Positions 31,901 to 42,239 of a stretch of DNA of 64,000 bases are shown piece by piece. The DNA is from Sporosarcina sp. GTDB lineage: Bacteria > Bacillota > Bacilli > Bacillales_A > Planococcaceae. Position numbers and translations under genes: made by a program. The stretch is from the NCBI RefSeq assembly GCF_029257255.1, contig NZ_JARICI010000026.1:11497-75496 (forward strand). The letters run 5' to 3'. Below the pieces are notes generated by a model, which ran no database searches, was not told the DNA's origin, and worked only from the letters and a program-made list of their open reading frames with translations. Positions within the stretch are counted from its first letter, which is position 1. Each line of letters starts with the position of its first letter.

Positions 31901-32451
31901 AGATGGAAAAGCCGGCAACGATGCACGATGCTCTGGCATATGTTCTCTATCCAAAAGTTTTCGAAGAATATATCGAGACGAAAAAACAGTTTGGTGATGT
32001 TTCGGTCATCGGTACACCTCAATTTTTATACGGTCTGCGTTTAGGCGAAGAGATCGAAATTGAGATTGAAGTAGGGAAGACTCTGATCGTGAAACTTGTC
32101 TCCATTGGTGAGCCACAGCCGAACGGTACGCGCGTATTGTATTTTGAATTGAACGGTCAGTCGCGTGAAGTAGTGATCCAAGACATGCATATTGAAACAA
32201 AAGATGTGAAGAAACAAAAGGCGGATCCGACGAATGAAGCACATATCGCAGCAACAATGCCTGGCACGGTATTACAGGTAGCGATTTCTCTGGGTGCTAA
32301 AGTTAAACGCGGAGAGCACCTGCTCATCACGGAGGCCATGAAAATGGAAACAACTATTCAGGCTCCATTTGATGGTGTAGTGAAAGAGATTTATGTGGGC
32401 CCTGGAGATTCTATCTCGACAGGTGACTTGCTAATTGAAATAGAACATTAA
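28999..32451 (+). CDS. pyc: Pyruvate carboxylase
   Basis: 1150 aa: biotin carboxylase, carboxyltransferase (HSHDTSGNG) and C-terminal biotinyl domain (EAMKMET). Several in-frame GTG/TTG starts within 10 nt. Confidence 0.95.
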   Translation: MLLVERREIKKVLVANRGEIAIRVFRACTELNIATVGIYSAEDRASLHRYKSDQSFLVGEGKKPIDAYLDIEGIIEIAKKANVDAIHPGYGFLAENAEFAARLEEEGIIFIGPTSRHLQMFGDKVKAREQAIAADIPVIPGSDGPVTSVEEVREFGAQNKYPIIIKASLGGGGRGMRIVESADEVDEAYNRAKSEAKSAFGSDEVYVEKYINQPKHIEVQILGDTYGEIVHLYERDCSIQRRHQKVVEIAPSISLTDELRDAICESAVKLSKNVGYINAGTVEFLVADNEFYFIEVNPRIQVEHTITEMITGIDIVQSQIFIAQGEKLHSEIINIPQQKDIPLFGYAIQSRVTTEDPLNDFMPDTGKMSVYRSGGGFGVRLDTGNAYQGSVISPYYDSLLVKVSTWGPTFSSAAAKMLRNLKEFRIRGIKTNIPFLENVVCNQDFLSGDYNTSFIDQTPELFEFANRQDRGTKMLSYLGNVTINGFPGIDDPTRPVLHPVRIPEIDLKTALPKGTKQILDEQGADALVDWVRKQEDVLLTDTTFRDAHQSLLATRMRTKELTQIATESAHLLPDLFSFEMWGGATFDVAYRFLKESPWDRLERLREQIPNVLFQMLFRGANAVGYTNYPDNVIREFIKESASSGIDVFRIFDSLNWIKGMEVAIDETRASGKIAEAAICYTGDILDDSRAKYTVNYYKEMAKELEAVGAHILAIKDMAGLLKPEAAYRLISELKDSTELPIHLHSHDTSGNGIFMYARAIEAGVDIVDTAIGSMAGMTSQPSANSLAYAMQDSKRQVRAETESLEKLSHYWEDVRKYYKPFESGMNSPHSEIYVHEMPGGQYSNLQQQAKAVGLGERWEEVKEMYTRVNFLFGDIVKVTPSSKVVGDMALFMVQNELNEHSVISRGQTIDFPESVIEFFEGSIGQPYGGFPKELQDVILKGRKAITVRPGELLEPVNFEKVLGELTVKMEKPATMHDALAYVLYPKVFEEYIETKKQFGDVSVIGTPQFLYGLRLGEEIEIEIEVGKTLIVKLVSIGEPQPNGTRVLYFELNGQSREVVIQDMHIETKDVKKQKADPTNEAHIAATMPGTVLQVAISLGAKVKRGEHLLITEAMKMETTIQAPFDGVVKEIYVGPGDSISTGDLLIEIEH

Positions 32452-32458
32452 TATTCGT

Positions 32459-32494
32459 CTCCTGCAGTCCGTTTATGGCTGCAGGAGTCTTTGT
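32459..32494 (+). terminator. Terminator after pyc
   Basis: ctcctgcag-tccgtttatgg-ctgcaggag followed by tctttgtg. Confidence 0.7.
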
Positions 32495-32509
32495 GTAGGT
32501 AAATGTATA

Positions 32510-32549
32510 TAAAAAGGCGCTCAGCTGTGTTAAACAGCAGTGAGCGCCT
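32510..32549 (-). terminator. Terminator after ctaA
   Basis: Minus strand: aaggcgctcactgctg..cagctgagcgcc followed by ttttt. Confidence 0.7.
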
Positions 32550-32568
32550 TTAAAAGTAATGTAGGTAG

Positions 32569-33477
32569 TTATTTTGAATGGCTACGTGAAACGAGCAGTA
32601 CTAAGTAGGTGAGTAAACCGAAAAGTAATGTGATGAACAATGAATGAAGGAGCGCAACATAGAGATTCAATCTAGTTAATACGACAATCATACCAGTCGT
32701 TGCCTGTGCCAGAACTAATATAAAGGCGCTGATCCAACCCCAGTAAATGACACGTTGGTCACTATAGTGTCTGATTGCTTTAATCGCTATGAAACCAATC
32801 CAAACAAGGATAAGGGCAGCTGCGAGGCGATGGCCCATCTGTACCCATTCATACATGTCCTGAGGTAATCGGAATTCGCCATTACGGCACAGCGGCCAGT
32901 CGGAACAAGCAAGTCCTGAACTGGTGTGGCGCACGAGAGCTCCTGTGTAGATGACGAAATATGAATAAATGGTTACTCCAATTGTATGAAACTTGAGTGA
33001 AGAACCTATCCTTATTTTATCTGCATCAAATTTCTGATCCACTTCAAAGATCAGCAGCGTCAGTAAAAAGACAGCTGAGAATGAAATGAGTGAAATGCCA
33101 AAGTGTAGAGCTAGAATGAAATCGCCTTGTCCCCATAATACTTGAGCTGCTCCAATTAGAGCCTGAAGAATTAAAAAGAACACAGCCATGAAAGAAAGAA
33201 ACTTTGTTTCGCGTATATGTCCAAGGGCTTTCCAGGACCATACAGCCAGAATAACAATTAATATGCCGACGCTGCCTGTTACAAGGCGGTGGGAGAACTC
33301 GATGAGAACTTCAGCGGTAATTTCATCAGGAATCAATTGTCCGTTACAGCCGGGCCAGTGTCTGCCGCAGCCCATCCCGCTGTCTGTCTTTGTTACGAGC
33401 GCTCCTCCAAGCAAGATAGCTAGCATGCCTATGGTGGAAGCTACGCCGAACCATTTTAAAAACCGATTATATTGCAA
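32569..33477 (-). CDS. ctaA: Heme A synthase
   Basis: 8 TMS with GCGRHWPGCNG and CSDWPLC cysteine pairs. TTG 33477 has GAAGGTG 8 nt upstream and gives a B. subtilis-like length. Confidence 0.9.
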   Translation of the reverse strand: MQYNRFLKWFGVASTIGMLAILLGGALVTKTDSGMGCGRHWPGCNGQLIPDEITAEVLIEFSHRLVTGSVGILIVILAVWSWKALGHIRETKFLSFMAVFFLILQALIGAAQVLWGQGDFILALHFGISLISFSAVFLLTLLIFEVDQKFDADKIRIGSSLKFHTIGVTIYSYFVIYTGALVRHTSSGLACSDWPLCRNGEFRLPQDMYEWVQMGHRLAAALILVWIGFIAIKAIRHYSDQRVIYWGWISAFILVLAQATTGMIVVLTRLNLYVALLHSLFITLLFGLLTYLVLLVSRSHSK

Positions 33478-33885
33478 GTATGAGACACCTTCTTCTATGA
33501 ATTGACCTTTTGTTAGTGGCCGATCTATTGTTGTGTTATCCAATTACATAGAAAAACACAGCATGCTGCCAAAGCCGCTGTCTGTATTTTCCATGCAGTT
33601 GAATCATTCGTTTCATGCTTTATAATATCGAAAATCACTTTGAAACACAATACCGGGAGCTGATAAAGCTCCGAGGTGAAAGGTTTTTCACAAATTGTTC
33701 ATAAAAAAGCCTCTTTAACTTCACAATTGTCTTATAGAAATGCTTTACTATATAGTAGGTGTAGGACAAAGACGCTTAGGTTGCACGAAACAGCTATAAA
33801 TTGCGAAATGGTCTAGAAATTACTGACGAATTTCGATATAGTAAGTGTTAGGGTCTTTGCTGAAAACTTTGAAAGGAGGGTTATT

Positions 33886-34803
33886 ATGTCAAACGGTCGA
33901 ACGCTTTCGACGGTTGCAGATCCCAAATTGGAGCCGATTACCTTATGGAAAGACTTTTTGGCGCTTATCAAAATAGGCATCGTCAATTCGAATTTGATCA
34001 CTACGTTCACCGGTCTTTTTTTGGCATTTCAATTCACTGGGAAAAGTTTTCTCCATAATTTCGATTTGTTGGTATTTGCAATTCTGGGTACCGGGTTGAT
34101 CATTGCAGCTTCCGGAGCACTCAATAATCTGATTGACCGGGATATCGATCCAATCATGTCGAGAACAAAGTCGAGACCTACAGTAACAGGCAGATTTAAA
34201 ACGCCTGCTGTGCTGACGCTGGCCATTACATTTCTCGTGGCAGGGGAAGTTCTTTTGTTTTCTGCTTCCGCAATGGCTGGCTGGTTGGGGATCATTGGAG
34301 TATTAGCTTATGTTGTACTTTATTCCATGTGGTCAAAACGCCAGCATGTCAGCAACACGGTAGTAGGAAGCTTGTCAGGTGCCGTTCCACCTTTAATCGG
34401 TTGGGCTGCGGTTGATCCTGCACTGTCGATGGGCGCATGGGCATTGTTCCTGATTATGTTCGTATGGCAGCCTCCGCACTTTTATGCGCTGGCTATGCGC
34501 AGAACTGAGGAATATCGTGCAGCAAACATCCCGATGCTGCCTGTAGTAAAAGGCTTTGAACGCACGAAGAAATCTATGCTCATGTGGGTATTGTTGCTAT
34601 TCCCGCTGCCATTCCTGCTGCAAGAGCTAGGCACAGGATTTGTAGTATTTGCAACCTTGTTGAATGTCGGATGGCTTTATCTCGCCCTAAAAGGATTTAA
34701 AGCTAAAGAAGATTTGAAATGGGCCACTTCAATGTTTATCTACTCATTGAATTACATGACAATTTTATTTGTCTCCATGATTATTTTCTCTATATTCATC
34801 TAA
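33886..34803 (+). CDS. ctaB: Protoheme IX farnesyltransferase (heme O synthase)
   Basis: UbiA-family motif NNLIDRDIDPIMSRTKSRP. GAAAGGAGGG SD. Divergent from ctaA. Confidence 0.92.
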   Translation: MSNGRTLSTVADPKLEPITLWKDFLALIKIGIVNSNLITTFTGLFLAFQFTGKSFLHNFDLLVFAILGTGLIIAASGALNNLIDRDIDPIMSRTKSRPTVTGRFKTPAVLTLAITFLVAGEVLLFSASAMAGWLGIIGVLAYVVLYSMWSKRQHVSNTVVGSLSGAVPPLIGWAAVDPALSMGAWALFLIMFVWQPPHFYALAMRRTEEYRAANIPMLPVVKGFERTKKSMLMWVLLLFPLPFLLQELGTGFVVFATLLNVGWLYLALKGFKAKEDLKWATSMFIYSLNYMTILFVSMIIFSIFI

Positions 34804-34905
34804 CGTTTCGGAATTCTTTCTTTGAAACAGGAATTCATCATAGAGAGGCTTCTAGTCCTCCATAGTAGAAAAACATTTTTTTAGAAAGAGAGGTATTAGT
34901 TAGCG

Positions 34906-35973
34906 ATGATTAAAGGACTCAAAAAGTGGCGTCTCTTTTCATTATTAGCAGTTTTCGCAGTTTTCTTAGCAGGTTGTGGACAAGAGCAGCTTTCAACATT
35001 CCAACCAGCTGGCCAAGTCGCTCAGGATCAGTTTAACTTGCTGCTGTTAGCATCAGGAATCATGTTACTAGTCATTGTTGTAGTAGTGGCGATATTTACT
35101 ATTGCAATAGTACGCTTCAGACGTTCCAAGTTGGGTGAAGATCATATACCTGAACAAGTGGAAGGAAGTCACACTCTTGAAATGGTATGGACATTCATTC
35201 CAATCCTTTTGGTTCTGATCCTTGCTGTCCCTACAGTTTATTACACGTATAAACTGGGTGACGTACAAGCAATGGGAGCTGTCGATGAAGACGGAAATGC
35301 CGAAAACCTTGTAGTTGACGTAACAGCAAAATTGTATTGGTGGGAATTCGAGTATCCTGATTTAGGAATTGTTACTGCTCAGGAACTGGTTGTACCTACA
35401 GATGAAAAAGTGTACTTTAACTTAATTGCTGCAGACGTTAAGCACTCATTCTGGATACCGGCAGTTGGCGGTAAGATGGATACAAACGTTGAGAACGTCA
35501 ATAAATTCTATTTAAGTTTCGAAAAAGAATCAGAAGGCTTGAAAGACGGCGTTTTCTACGGAAAATGTGCTGAGCTTTGCGGGCCTTCCCACGCTTTGAT
35601 GGACTTCAAAGTAAAAACTTTACCAAGAGATCAGTTTGATGACTGGGTAGCTGCTATGCAAAAAACAGCTGAAGACCCTGTAGTTGCGAATGCTGACGGT
35701 GAGGAAGTATTCTCTCAAAGCTGTATCGGCTGTCACGCAGTTTCTGGTGTAGGTGAGTCGGGAGCACAAGGCCCGAACTTAGCGACATTCGGTGACCGTA
35801 ACCGTGTAGCAGGTTTCCTAAAACACGATGAAAAGGAACTGAAAGACTGGATTCGTGATACACAGAAACATAAACCAGGCAACATAATGCCTTCATTCAG
35901 TCAAGATCAGATTTCTGATGCTGAACTGGATGCGTTAACTGAATATTTATTAGGCTTAAAAGTCGAAAAATAA
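34906..35973 (+). CDS. ctaC: Cytochrome c oxidase subunit II with C-terminal cytochrome c domain
   Basis: Lipobox LAGC, CuA site CAELCGPSHALM, and heme c site CIGCH. Confidence 0.92.
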   Translation: MIKGLKKWRLFSLLAVFAVFLAGCGQEQLSTFQPAGQVAQDQFNLLLLASGIMLLVIVVVVAIFTIAIVRFRRSKLGEDHIPEQVEGSHTLEMVWTFIPILLVLILAVPTVYYTYKLGDVQAMGAVDEDGNAENLVVDVTAKLYWWEFEYPDLGIVTAQELVVPTDEKVYFNLIAADVKHSFWIPAVGGKMDTNVENVNKFYLSFEKESEGLKDGVFYGKCAELCGPSHALMDFKVKTLPRDQFDDWVAAMQKTAEDPVVANADGEEVFSQSCIGCHAVSGVGESGAQGPNLATFGDRNRVAGFLKHDEKELKDWIRDTQKHKPGNIMPSFSQDQISDAELDALTEYLLGLKVEK

Positions 35974-36006
35974 TTTTCAAATGGAAATTGAATAGGAGGT
36001 AACATA

Positions 36007-37881
36007 GTGAGTTCAGTTGCTCAAAAAACAGGCTTTGGCGCAACACTCTGGGATTGGCTGACGACAGTCGACCATAAGAAGATTGGGATACTGTATCTCC
36101 TTGGGGGATTATTCTTCTTCGTTCTTGGTGGTATCGAAGCGATGATCATTCGTCTTCAGTTGATGACGCCAAACAATGATCTCGTAAGCGCAGGGCTTTT
36201 CAACGACTTAATTACAATGCACGGAACAACCATGATATTCTTGGCAGCGATGCCGATTCTATTTGGTTTTATGAACGCCATTGTACCGCTTCAAATCGGA
36301 GCGCGTGACGTAGCATTCCCATTCATTAACTCATTAGGGTTATGGATGTTCATCTTTGGTGGTTTATTCCTAAATATTTCATGGCTTTTCGGTGAAGTTC
36401 CAGATGCAGGATGGACATCATACGCATCTTTATCACTACATTCACCTGGTCATGGTATTGACTTCTATGCAATTGGTTTACAAATTGCCGGTGGTGGTAC
36501 GTTAATAGCAGGGATTAACTTCCTTGTTACAATCATCAACATGCGTGCACCAGGGATGACTTACATGCGTATGCCATTGTTTACATGGACTACGTTCGTA
36601 GCGTCAGCGATGATTCTTTTCGCATTCCCTCCATTGACAGTTGGATTGTTCTTCTTGACATTTGACCGTATGTTCAGTGGTAACTTCTTTGATCATACAA
36701 TGGGCGGAAACACGATTATCTGGGAGCATATTTTCTGGATTTTCGGTCACCCTGAAGTATATATCTTGATTTTGCCTGCTTTCGGTATTTTCTCTGAGAT
36801 CTTTGCGACATTCTCTCGTAAGCGTCTCTTCGGTTATACTGCAATGGTTTTCGCAACAGTGTTAATCGGTTTCCTAGGCTTCATGGTATGGGCTCACCAC
36901 ATGTTTACAGTTGGCCTTGGGCCGACAGCAAACGCAATCTTCGCTGTTGCCACAATGGCAATTGCCGTACCTACAGGTGTTAAGATCTTTAACTGGTTGC
37001 TCACTATCTGGGGTGGTAGCATTAAAGTTACAACTCCGATGCTTTATGCTCTAGGTTTTATTCCTTCATTCGTAATGGGTGGAGTTACCGGAGTTATGCA
37101 AGGTGCAGCACCACTAGATTATCAGTTACACGATACGTACTTTATCGTTGCTCATTTCCACTACGTTATTGTTGGTGGGGTAGTACTGGCAATATTTGCG
37201 GCAATTCACTATTGGTGGCCAAAAATGTTCGGTACAATGTTGAGTGAATTCCTTGGAAAGATTACGTTTGTATTCTTCTTCATTGGTTTCCACATGACAT
37301 TCTTAATTCAACACTGGTTAGGTTTCTGGGGAATGCCACGTCGTGTTTGGACATATATGGACGGACAGGGCTGGAATATAGCAAACATGATCAGTACAAT
37401 CGGTGCGCTTTTGATGGCAATTGGATTTATCGTAATGGTAATCAATATCATTATGACAACTGTCAAAAATGAGCGTGTTGGAAATGACCCATGGGGCGAC
37501 GGACGTACACTTGAGTGGGCGATCGAATCACCTCCTGTATTCTATAACTTCTCTGCAACACCGTTAGTTCGCGGTCTGGATACACTATGGATCGAGAAAA
37601 TGGAAGGCAGTAAGGAGTCAATTACAGCGGCTGAACCAATTACGGATATCCATATGCCGCACGGTTCAATCATTCCGATGTTAATGTCACTTGGTCTGTT
37701 TATTGCAGGATTTGGTGCCATGTTCCATCAAGAAACATCTTGGGGACTTCCTGTATTAATTTTCGGACTTGCATTTACTTTTGTTAGTATGGCTGTACGT
37801 TCATTGAAAGATGACCTTGGCTTCTACGTGACGAAAGAGCAAATCATGCAAGATTTAAAGAACAAAGGGGGGCGTAACTAA
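36007..37881 (+). CDS. ctaD: Cytochrome c oxidase subunit I
   Basis: 624 aa with canonical subunit I motifs (WFFGHPEVY-like [17 protein letters not shown]). AGGAGG SD. Confidence 0.95.
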   Translation: MSSVAQKTGFGATLWDWLTTVDHKKIGILYLLGGLFFFVLGGIEAMIIRLQLMTPNNDLVSAGLFNDLITMHGTTMIFLAAMPILFGFMNAIVPLQIGARDVAFPFINSLGLWMFIFGGLFLNISWLFGEVPDAGWTSYASLSLHSPGHGIDFYAIGLQIAGGGTLIAGINFLVTIINMRAPGMTYMRMPLFTWTTFVASAMILFAFPPLTVGLFFLTFDRMFSGNFFDHTMGGNTIIWEHIFWIFGHPEVYILILPAFGIFSEIFATFSRKRLFGYTAMVFATVLIGFLGFMVWAHHMFTVGLGPTANAIFAVATMAIAVPTGVKIFNWLLTIWGGSIKVTTPMLYALGFIPSFVMGGVTGVMQGAAPLDYQLHDTYFIVAHFHYVIVGGVVLAIFAAIHYWWPKMFGTMLSEFLGKITFVFFFIGFHMTFLIQHWLGFWGMPRRVWTYMDGQGWNIANMISTIGALLMAIGFIVMVINIIMTTVKNERVGNDPWGDGRTLEWAIESPPVFYNFSATPLVRGLDTLWIEKMEGSKESITAAEPITDIHMPHGSIIPMLMSLGLFIAGFGAMFHQETSWGLPVLIFGLAFTFVSMAVRSLKDDLGFYVTKEQIMQDLKNKGGRN

Positions 37882-38507
37882 TGGATTTGAACAAAAAATT
37901 CACCCCTGAAACATGGCCGGCTCATCCAGAGAAGGCTACCTTGGAAGCAAAGAACAAATTCGTTGGTTTCTGGCTTTTCCTAGGTGGAGAAACTATTCTC
38001 TTTGCTACGTTGTTTGCAACATATATGGCGTTGAAAAATAAAGGTCCTAGCGGCTTTGGTTTTAACACTCAGGATCTATATACTTTACCGTTAGTATTTG
38101 TTATGACTATGCTTCTTTTGACATCTTCATTGACAAGTGTCTACGCAATGTATCATTTAAAGAGCTTCAATTTTAAAAAGATGCAATTATGGCTTGGCCT
38201 GACTGCATTCTTAGGACTTGGGTTCTTGATGTTAGAAGTCTATGAGTTCTCTCACTATGTTAAAGAAGGATTTACGTTCAATAACAGTGCGTTCAGTTCC
38301 TCTTTCTACACACTGGTAGGTACACACGGCTTTCACGTGGCGGTTGGTTTAGTATGGATTACATTATTGATTTTCCGTAATTCCAAGCGCGGACTGAACT
38401 TGTATAACGCGACAAAATATTATACATTCTCACTTTACTGGCACTTCATTGACGTAGTTTGGGTATTTATCTTCACTGTAGTCTACTTGATGGGAGTGGT
38501 GGGTTAA
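37881..38507 (+). CDS. ctaE: Cytochrome c oxidase subunit III
   Basis: 208 aa hydrophobic protein. ATG overlaps the ctaD stop. Subunit III pattern (YWHFIDVVW). Confidence 0.92.
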   Translation: MDLNKKFTPETWPAHPEKATLEAKNKFVGFWLFLGGETILFATLFATYMALKNKGPSGFGFNTQDLYTLPLVFVMTMLLLTSSLTSVYAMYHLKSFNFKKMQLWLGLTAFLGLGFLMLEVYEFSHYVKEGFTFNNSAFSSSFYTLVGTHGFHVAVGLVWITLLIFRNSKRGLNLYNATKYYTFSLYWHFIDVVWVFIFTVVYLMGVVG

Positions 38508-38508
38508 G

Positions 38509-38856
38509 ATGGCAGATATTCAAGTTATTAAACGATCTCCAGCTGAGCAATTACTTCAGCAGCGACGGGCAAAAGAATCTATGCGTAATCAAGTGGCGAT
38601 GTTTGCTTTGATGATTTTCTTAACACTCGTTTCGTTTTCTATGGTAGTCGCATACCTTTCTGACGTTGCCGGATTCTCAAAATTCTTTGTCATTCCTACA
38701 TTGTTCTTGTTTGCAGCAGTACAAGTTGGTCTCCAGCTTTACTACTTCATGCATATGAACGAAAAAGGACATGGCATTCCGCAGATGTTTATGTTTACAG
38801 GTGCTCTTTTAGGATTCTTGATTCCTTTAGCATTTGTCACAATCGTTTGGTGGTAA
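38509..38856 (+). CDS. ctaF: Cytochrome c oxidase subunit IVB
   Basis: 115 aa, three TMS. Immediately after ctaE. Confidence 0.85.
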   Translation: MADIQVIKRSPAEQLLQQRRAKESMRNQVAMFALMIFLTLVSFSMVVAYLSDVAGFSKFFVIPTLFLFAAVQVGLQLYYFMHMNEKGHGIPQMFMFTGALLGFLIPLAFVTIVWW

Positions 38857-38865
38857 TAATAAGTA

Positions 38866-38901
38866 GGGGCTTATGGATGTATTCCATAGGCTCCTTTTTT
38901 T
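38866..38901 (+). terminator. Terminator after ctaF
   Basis: ggggcttatgga-tgtat-tccataggctcc followed by ttttttt. Confidence 0.8.
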
Positions 38902-39003
38902 ATCACTGTAAATATCCTCTATACGAGATGAGAAAACAATTTGCATCTGATGAGTTACGTTTTTAGCGTAGACTCCAAATTAGCTTACGCCACACGTTGT
39001 TGT

Positions 39004-39100
39004 TTGGAGTGGAAGGTGGCGAAATGCAAAGATGTGCTCCTAACGCTTCGTTTTTCGATTGGCTGAGGCTGTGCCGGCGGAAATCAACGTGCCTAAGGTT
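39004..39100 (-). repeat. Possible highly degenerate module A relic
   Basis: ttggagtggaaggtggcga matches ggagtggaaggcggcga of A1 (reverse complement). Further similarity (ttggctgagg, cggaaatcaacgtgcc) is weak. Confidence 0.3.
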
Positions 39101-39264
39101 ATATAGTAATGAAATTGTCAAAGTTCGTACATTGAGTTATGTCATAGTTGCTCGTATAATGGTAAAGATACATTTACTTATCCGTGCTGATGTATAATTA
39201 ATTGCTCAGCATCGAATAACCGACATGTTGACAGCAGGTTGACTATAAAAGGAGAGTGACCGTT

Positions 39265-40188
39265 TTGCCTTTAAGTATTTTTGGTTTTCGGGCTTTGTGG
39301 AGTCCTTATTTCTTACTAGCTATCGTTCTTGGCGTCGTATTATATTATTTAATTACTGTTAAATGGAGAGATCGTTTTGAAGGATCTGAACCTGTAACGA
39401 AACATCATATGATTTATTTCTTGTCTTCAATGGTTCTTTTATATATCGTGAAGGGATCGCCAATGGATTTGATCGGTCATATTCTGTTTTCGGTTCATAT
39501 GGCACAAATGGCTATTTTGTTATTAATGGTTGCTCCGCTCTTTATCATGGGTATTCCAAATTGGGTTTGGGAAAAGTTCTTATCTGTGACAGCAATCAGA
39601 AAGGTATTTATGCTGTTGACGAGACCAGTCATTAGTTTATTGCTCTTTACACTGATGTTTTCTATGTATCACTATCCATTAATTTTAGACCAGGTTAAAT
39701 TAAGCATGCCGCTGCACACCATTTTTACAGTTACGCTTTTCATGTCAGCAATCTTTTTATGGTGGCCTGTTGTTAATACAGTAAAGGGGCAGCCTCAGCT
39801 TCATGGTTTGAAAAAGATAGGGTATGTCATCCTGAGTGCACTGTTAATCACTCCTGCCTGTTCATTAATTATCTTCGTAGATGTTCCTGTATACGAAACT
39901 TACAACAGCGGAGAAGCTTGGTTAAAAGCAATGGCATTATGTGTGCCTAGCAGCACGCTCGCAGGGTTATCGGGTTTAGGAATGTCAGGGCCTGAATTAT
40001 TTACGGACATGCCAACCCTTTATGATCAACAACTAGGTGGTATTTTAATGAAAGTTATCCAGGAGATTGTCTATGTTGTAGTTATTGGACGAATCTTCAT
40101 AAGCTGGGCTAAATACGAAAGAGAAAATGCAGATGAAATTACTCGTCAAGACTTGATTAAACGTCAAAATTTAACCATGCATGGCTGA
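39265..40188 (+). CDS. ctaG: Cytochrome c oxidase assembly factor CtaG (Bacillus type)
   Basis: Polytopic membrane protein in the ctaG position. TTG 39265 is 10 nt after AAGGAG; the track GTG 39256 is only 1 nt after it. Confidence 0.85.
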   Translation: MPLSIFGFRALWSPYFLLAIVLGVVLYYLITVKWRDRFEGSEPVTKHHMIYFLSSMVLLYIVKGSPMDLIGHILFSVHMAQMAILLLMVAPLFIMGIPNWVWEKFLSVTAIRKVFMLLTRPVISLLLFTLMFSMYHYPLILDQVKLSMPLHTIFTVTLFMSAIFLWWPVVNTVKGQPQLHGLKKIGYVILSALLITPACSLIIFVDVPVYETYNSGEAWLKAMALCVPSSTLAGLSGLGMSGPELFTDMPTLYDQQLGGILMKVIQEIVYVVVIGRIFISWAKYERENADEITRQDLIKRQNLTMHG

Positions 40189-40213
40189 GTAAAAGAAGAA
40201 GGGGTTAACAGGG

Positions 40214-40675
40214 ATGGGACTTCCATTATTACCGACCATCAGTACATTTTTAATCGTATTATCCGCTGTTTTGGTCGCGATTGGATGGTATTTAATATTG
40301 CAGAAGAAAAAGCTGGCTCACCAGAAAGTCATGGTGGCAGCGGCGGTATCTGCTGTTTTATTTTTAATCATCTATATTTCGAGAACTATTTTTATCGGGA
40401 ATACAGCGTTTGGCGGTCCCGATGAACTGAAGATTTACTATACAGTTTTTTTGATTTTCCATATCATACTTGCGACAACAGGAGCAGTGTTAGGTGTTAT
40501 TACAATGGTTGCCGGATTTAAAAATAATCTGGACCGCCACCGTAAAATGGGACCAGTCACAAGTATCATCTGGTTTTTCACAGCGATTACAGGAGTAGCT
40601 GTATTTTTATTGCTTTATGTGTTTTATACAGGAGGGGAAACCACTTCTGTATTTAAAGCGATTTTAGGATTCTAA
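40214..40675 (+). CDS. DUF420 membrane protein (CtaM-like)
   Basis: 153 aa, four TMS. Directly after ctaG. DUF420 proteins (S. aureus CtaM) are linked to aa3 oxidase function. Confidence 0.7.
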   Translation: MGLPLLPTISTFLIVLSAVLVAIGWYLILQKKKLAHQKVMVAAAVSAVLFLIIYISRTIFIGNTAFGGPDELKIYYTVFLIFHIILATTGAVLGVITMVAGFKNNLDRHRKMGPVTSIIWFFTAITGVAVFLLLYVFYTGGETTSVFKAILGF

Positions 40676-40680
40676 CTACT

Positions 40681-40720
40681 AAAAAAGGGTATATCTCCGA
40701 GAGGGAGATATACCCTTTTT
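40681..40720. terminator. Bidirectional terminator between the DUF420 gene and the AI-2E transporter gene
   Basis: aaaaaagggtatatctcc-gaga-gggagatatacccttttt. Confidence 0.85.
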
Positions 40721-41774
40721 ACACTTTGAAATTCAATTTTATGATGCCTGCTTCTCTTGCGGTATTGAAAAGAATAACGAGCATTGGCCCGATAAAAAAG
40801 CCGAGTACCCCAAATAGTTTTAATCCAATAAACATGGCAATCAATGTAGGCAAAGGTGAGAGACCTATTTGGGAACCCATCACTTTTGGTTCAATTGTAC
40901 GTCTGATGATCAGCAGGATAACAGCCAGGATGGCAAGTTTTGTACCCATCGCTATATCTCCTGATACATATTGATAAATCGACCAGGGAGCTAAGATGAT
41001 AATGGATCCTAAAATTGGTATGATATCTATGATCCAAATGACCAGAGACATAACGACGGCATATTTAGGGATAATCAAGAGCAGTCCGATAAACGAAACG
41101 ACTAGAACAATTAGACTGACTAATAACTGAGCTTTAACAAATCCCAAAATGACTTTGTTTAATTTGCTCGTCATATAATGCACTTTTTGTGCGGTTGTTT
41201 CTGTTAGATGACGATAAAATGCATTTTTCAGGTTCGGCAATTCCAACATGAACAAAAACAAAGCGATCATGAATACAATGAAACTCACCAAGAAGTTTGG
41301 AATTTCTGAAATCAGTCCCAGAATTTTATCATAACTCAGTAGTGTGATCAGCGAAACACGGAAAGATTCAATAATATCATTGAATTCATTCTCCAGCATC
41401 GAAATGATGTCTTCCGGCATCCCTACTGTATATTGAAATAGTTTACTTTGGGTATTGATCCAAACGCTTGAAAGTGAATTTAAGTAGTTTGGAATTTCTT
41501 TTGTAAAATGAACGATTTTCCCGATGAGTGTATTCACCGTGTAAAACAGAAGAAAAACACTGACACCCACAAAGACAATGAAGTTGACAATGACAGAGAG
41601 CTTTCGCTTCCATTTAAACTTTCGCTCGACCCATTTTACAAGAGGATCTAAAAAAAGTGCAGTCAACAGAGCCAAAATAATGGGTATGGAAACGGGCAGG
41701 ATAAAAAATGTAATTAATAGTAAAACAACAATACTTAATATGATCATCAAATTTCGTTTGGTCAGCAATTTCAA
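40719..41774 (-). CDS. AI-2E family transporter (YtvI/PerM-like)
   Basis: 351 aa, about 8 TMS. Typical C-terminal pattern (RRTIEPKVMGSQIGLSPLPTLIAMFIGLKLFGVLGFFIGP). Confidence 0.8.
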   Translation of the reverse strand: MKLLTKRNLMIILSIVVLLLITFFILPVSIPIILALLTALFLDPLVKWVERKFKWKRKLSVIVNFIVFVGVSVFLLFYTVNTLIGKIVHFTKEIPNYLNSLSSVWINTQSKLFQYTVGMPEDIISMLENEFNDIIESFRVSLITLLSYDKILGLISEIPNFLVSFIVFMIALFLFMLELPNLKNAFYRHLTETTAQKVHYMTSKLNKVILGFVKAQLLVSLIVLVVSFIGLLLIIPKYAVVMSLVIWIIDIIPILGSIIILAPWSIYQYVSGDIAMGTKLAILAVILLIIRRTIEPKVMGSQIGLSPLPTLIAMFIGLKLFGVLGFFIGPMLVILFNTAREAGIIKLNFKV

Positions 41775-41836
41775 AGGTCATCGTCCTCCACATACGTACT
41801 GAGTTTATTATAACCAAACGATAGACGTAATAATAG

Positions 41837-41875
41837 GAAAAAGCCGAGGAACATAGTGCTCTTCGGCTTTTTTAT
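41837..41875. terminator. Bidirectional terminator between the yugN-like gene 3' end and the AI-2E gene 5' side
   Basis: aaaaagccgag..ctcttcggctttttt. Confidence 0.7.
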
Positions 41876-41879
41876 TTTA

Positions 41880-42239
41880 TTACACTGTATATTGCTTTAA
41901 TTCATCAAAGACTGCTTTGGCTGTTAATTCGCAATCTTTTACTAAGCTGGCTGGGAAGTCTTCTTCTTCGCCGTATTCTACACCAAAAGGATAGTAGTAT
42001 TTACCAAGAACTGGCTGTTTTAAGCGTACTGTAGCTTTTCTGCCATCAATATCGCCTTCTACTAATGTGCCGAAGATGCGCATATAATATGTACCTTCGC
42101 GAATGACAAATTTCTTGTCGAAAGTTACACGCTCGTAATCCCATTGACCTTCAAGAACCAGGCCGTTCTTCAGCATAACTTCTTCCATAACCTTTAAGTC
42201 AGACACAAGGCCATCAATGCCTATATTTTCAATATACAT
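41880..42239 (-). CDS. YugN-like protein
   Basis: GQWDYERVTFDKKF and overall pattern as in B. subtilis YugN. ATG 42239 follows GAAGGGGGA. Confidence 0.7.
   Translation of the reverse strand: MYIENIGIDGLVSDLKVMEEVMLKNGLVLEGQWDYERVTFDKKFVIREGTYYMRIFGTLVEGDIDGRKATVRLKQPVLGKYYYPFGVEYGEEEDFPASLVKDCELTAKAVFDELKQYTV

Noticed and set aside
33813-34010. Track ORF 33813..34010 (-) overlapping the ctaB start
   Set aside because: It is antisense to the ctaB 5' end and its SD, with no SD of its own. It is a typical shadow ORF.
38997-39197. Track ORF 38997..39197 (+) between ctaF and ctaG
   Set aside because: It has no SD and covers a degenerate repeat relic. Its composition is not protein-like.
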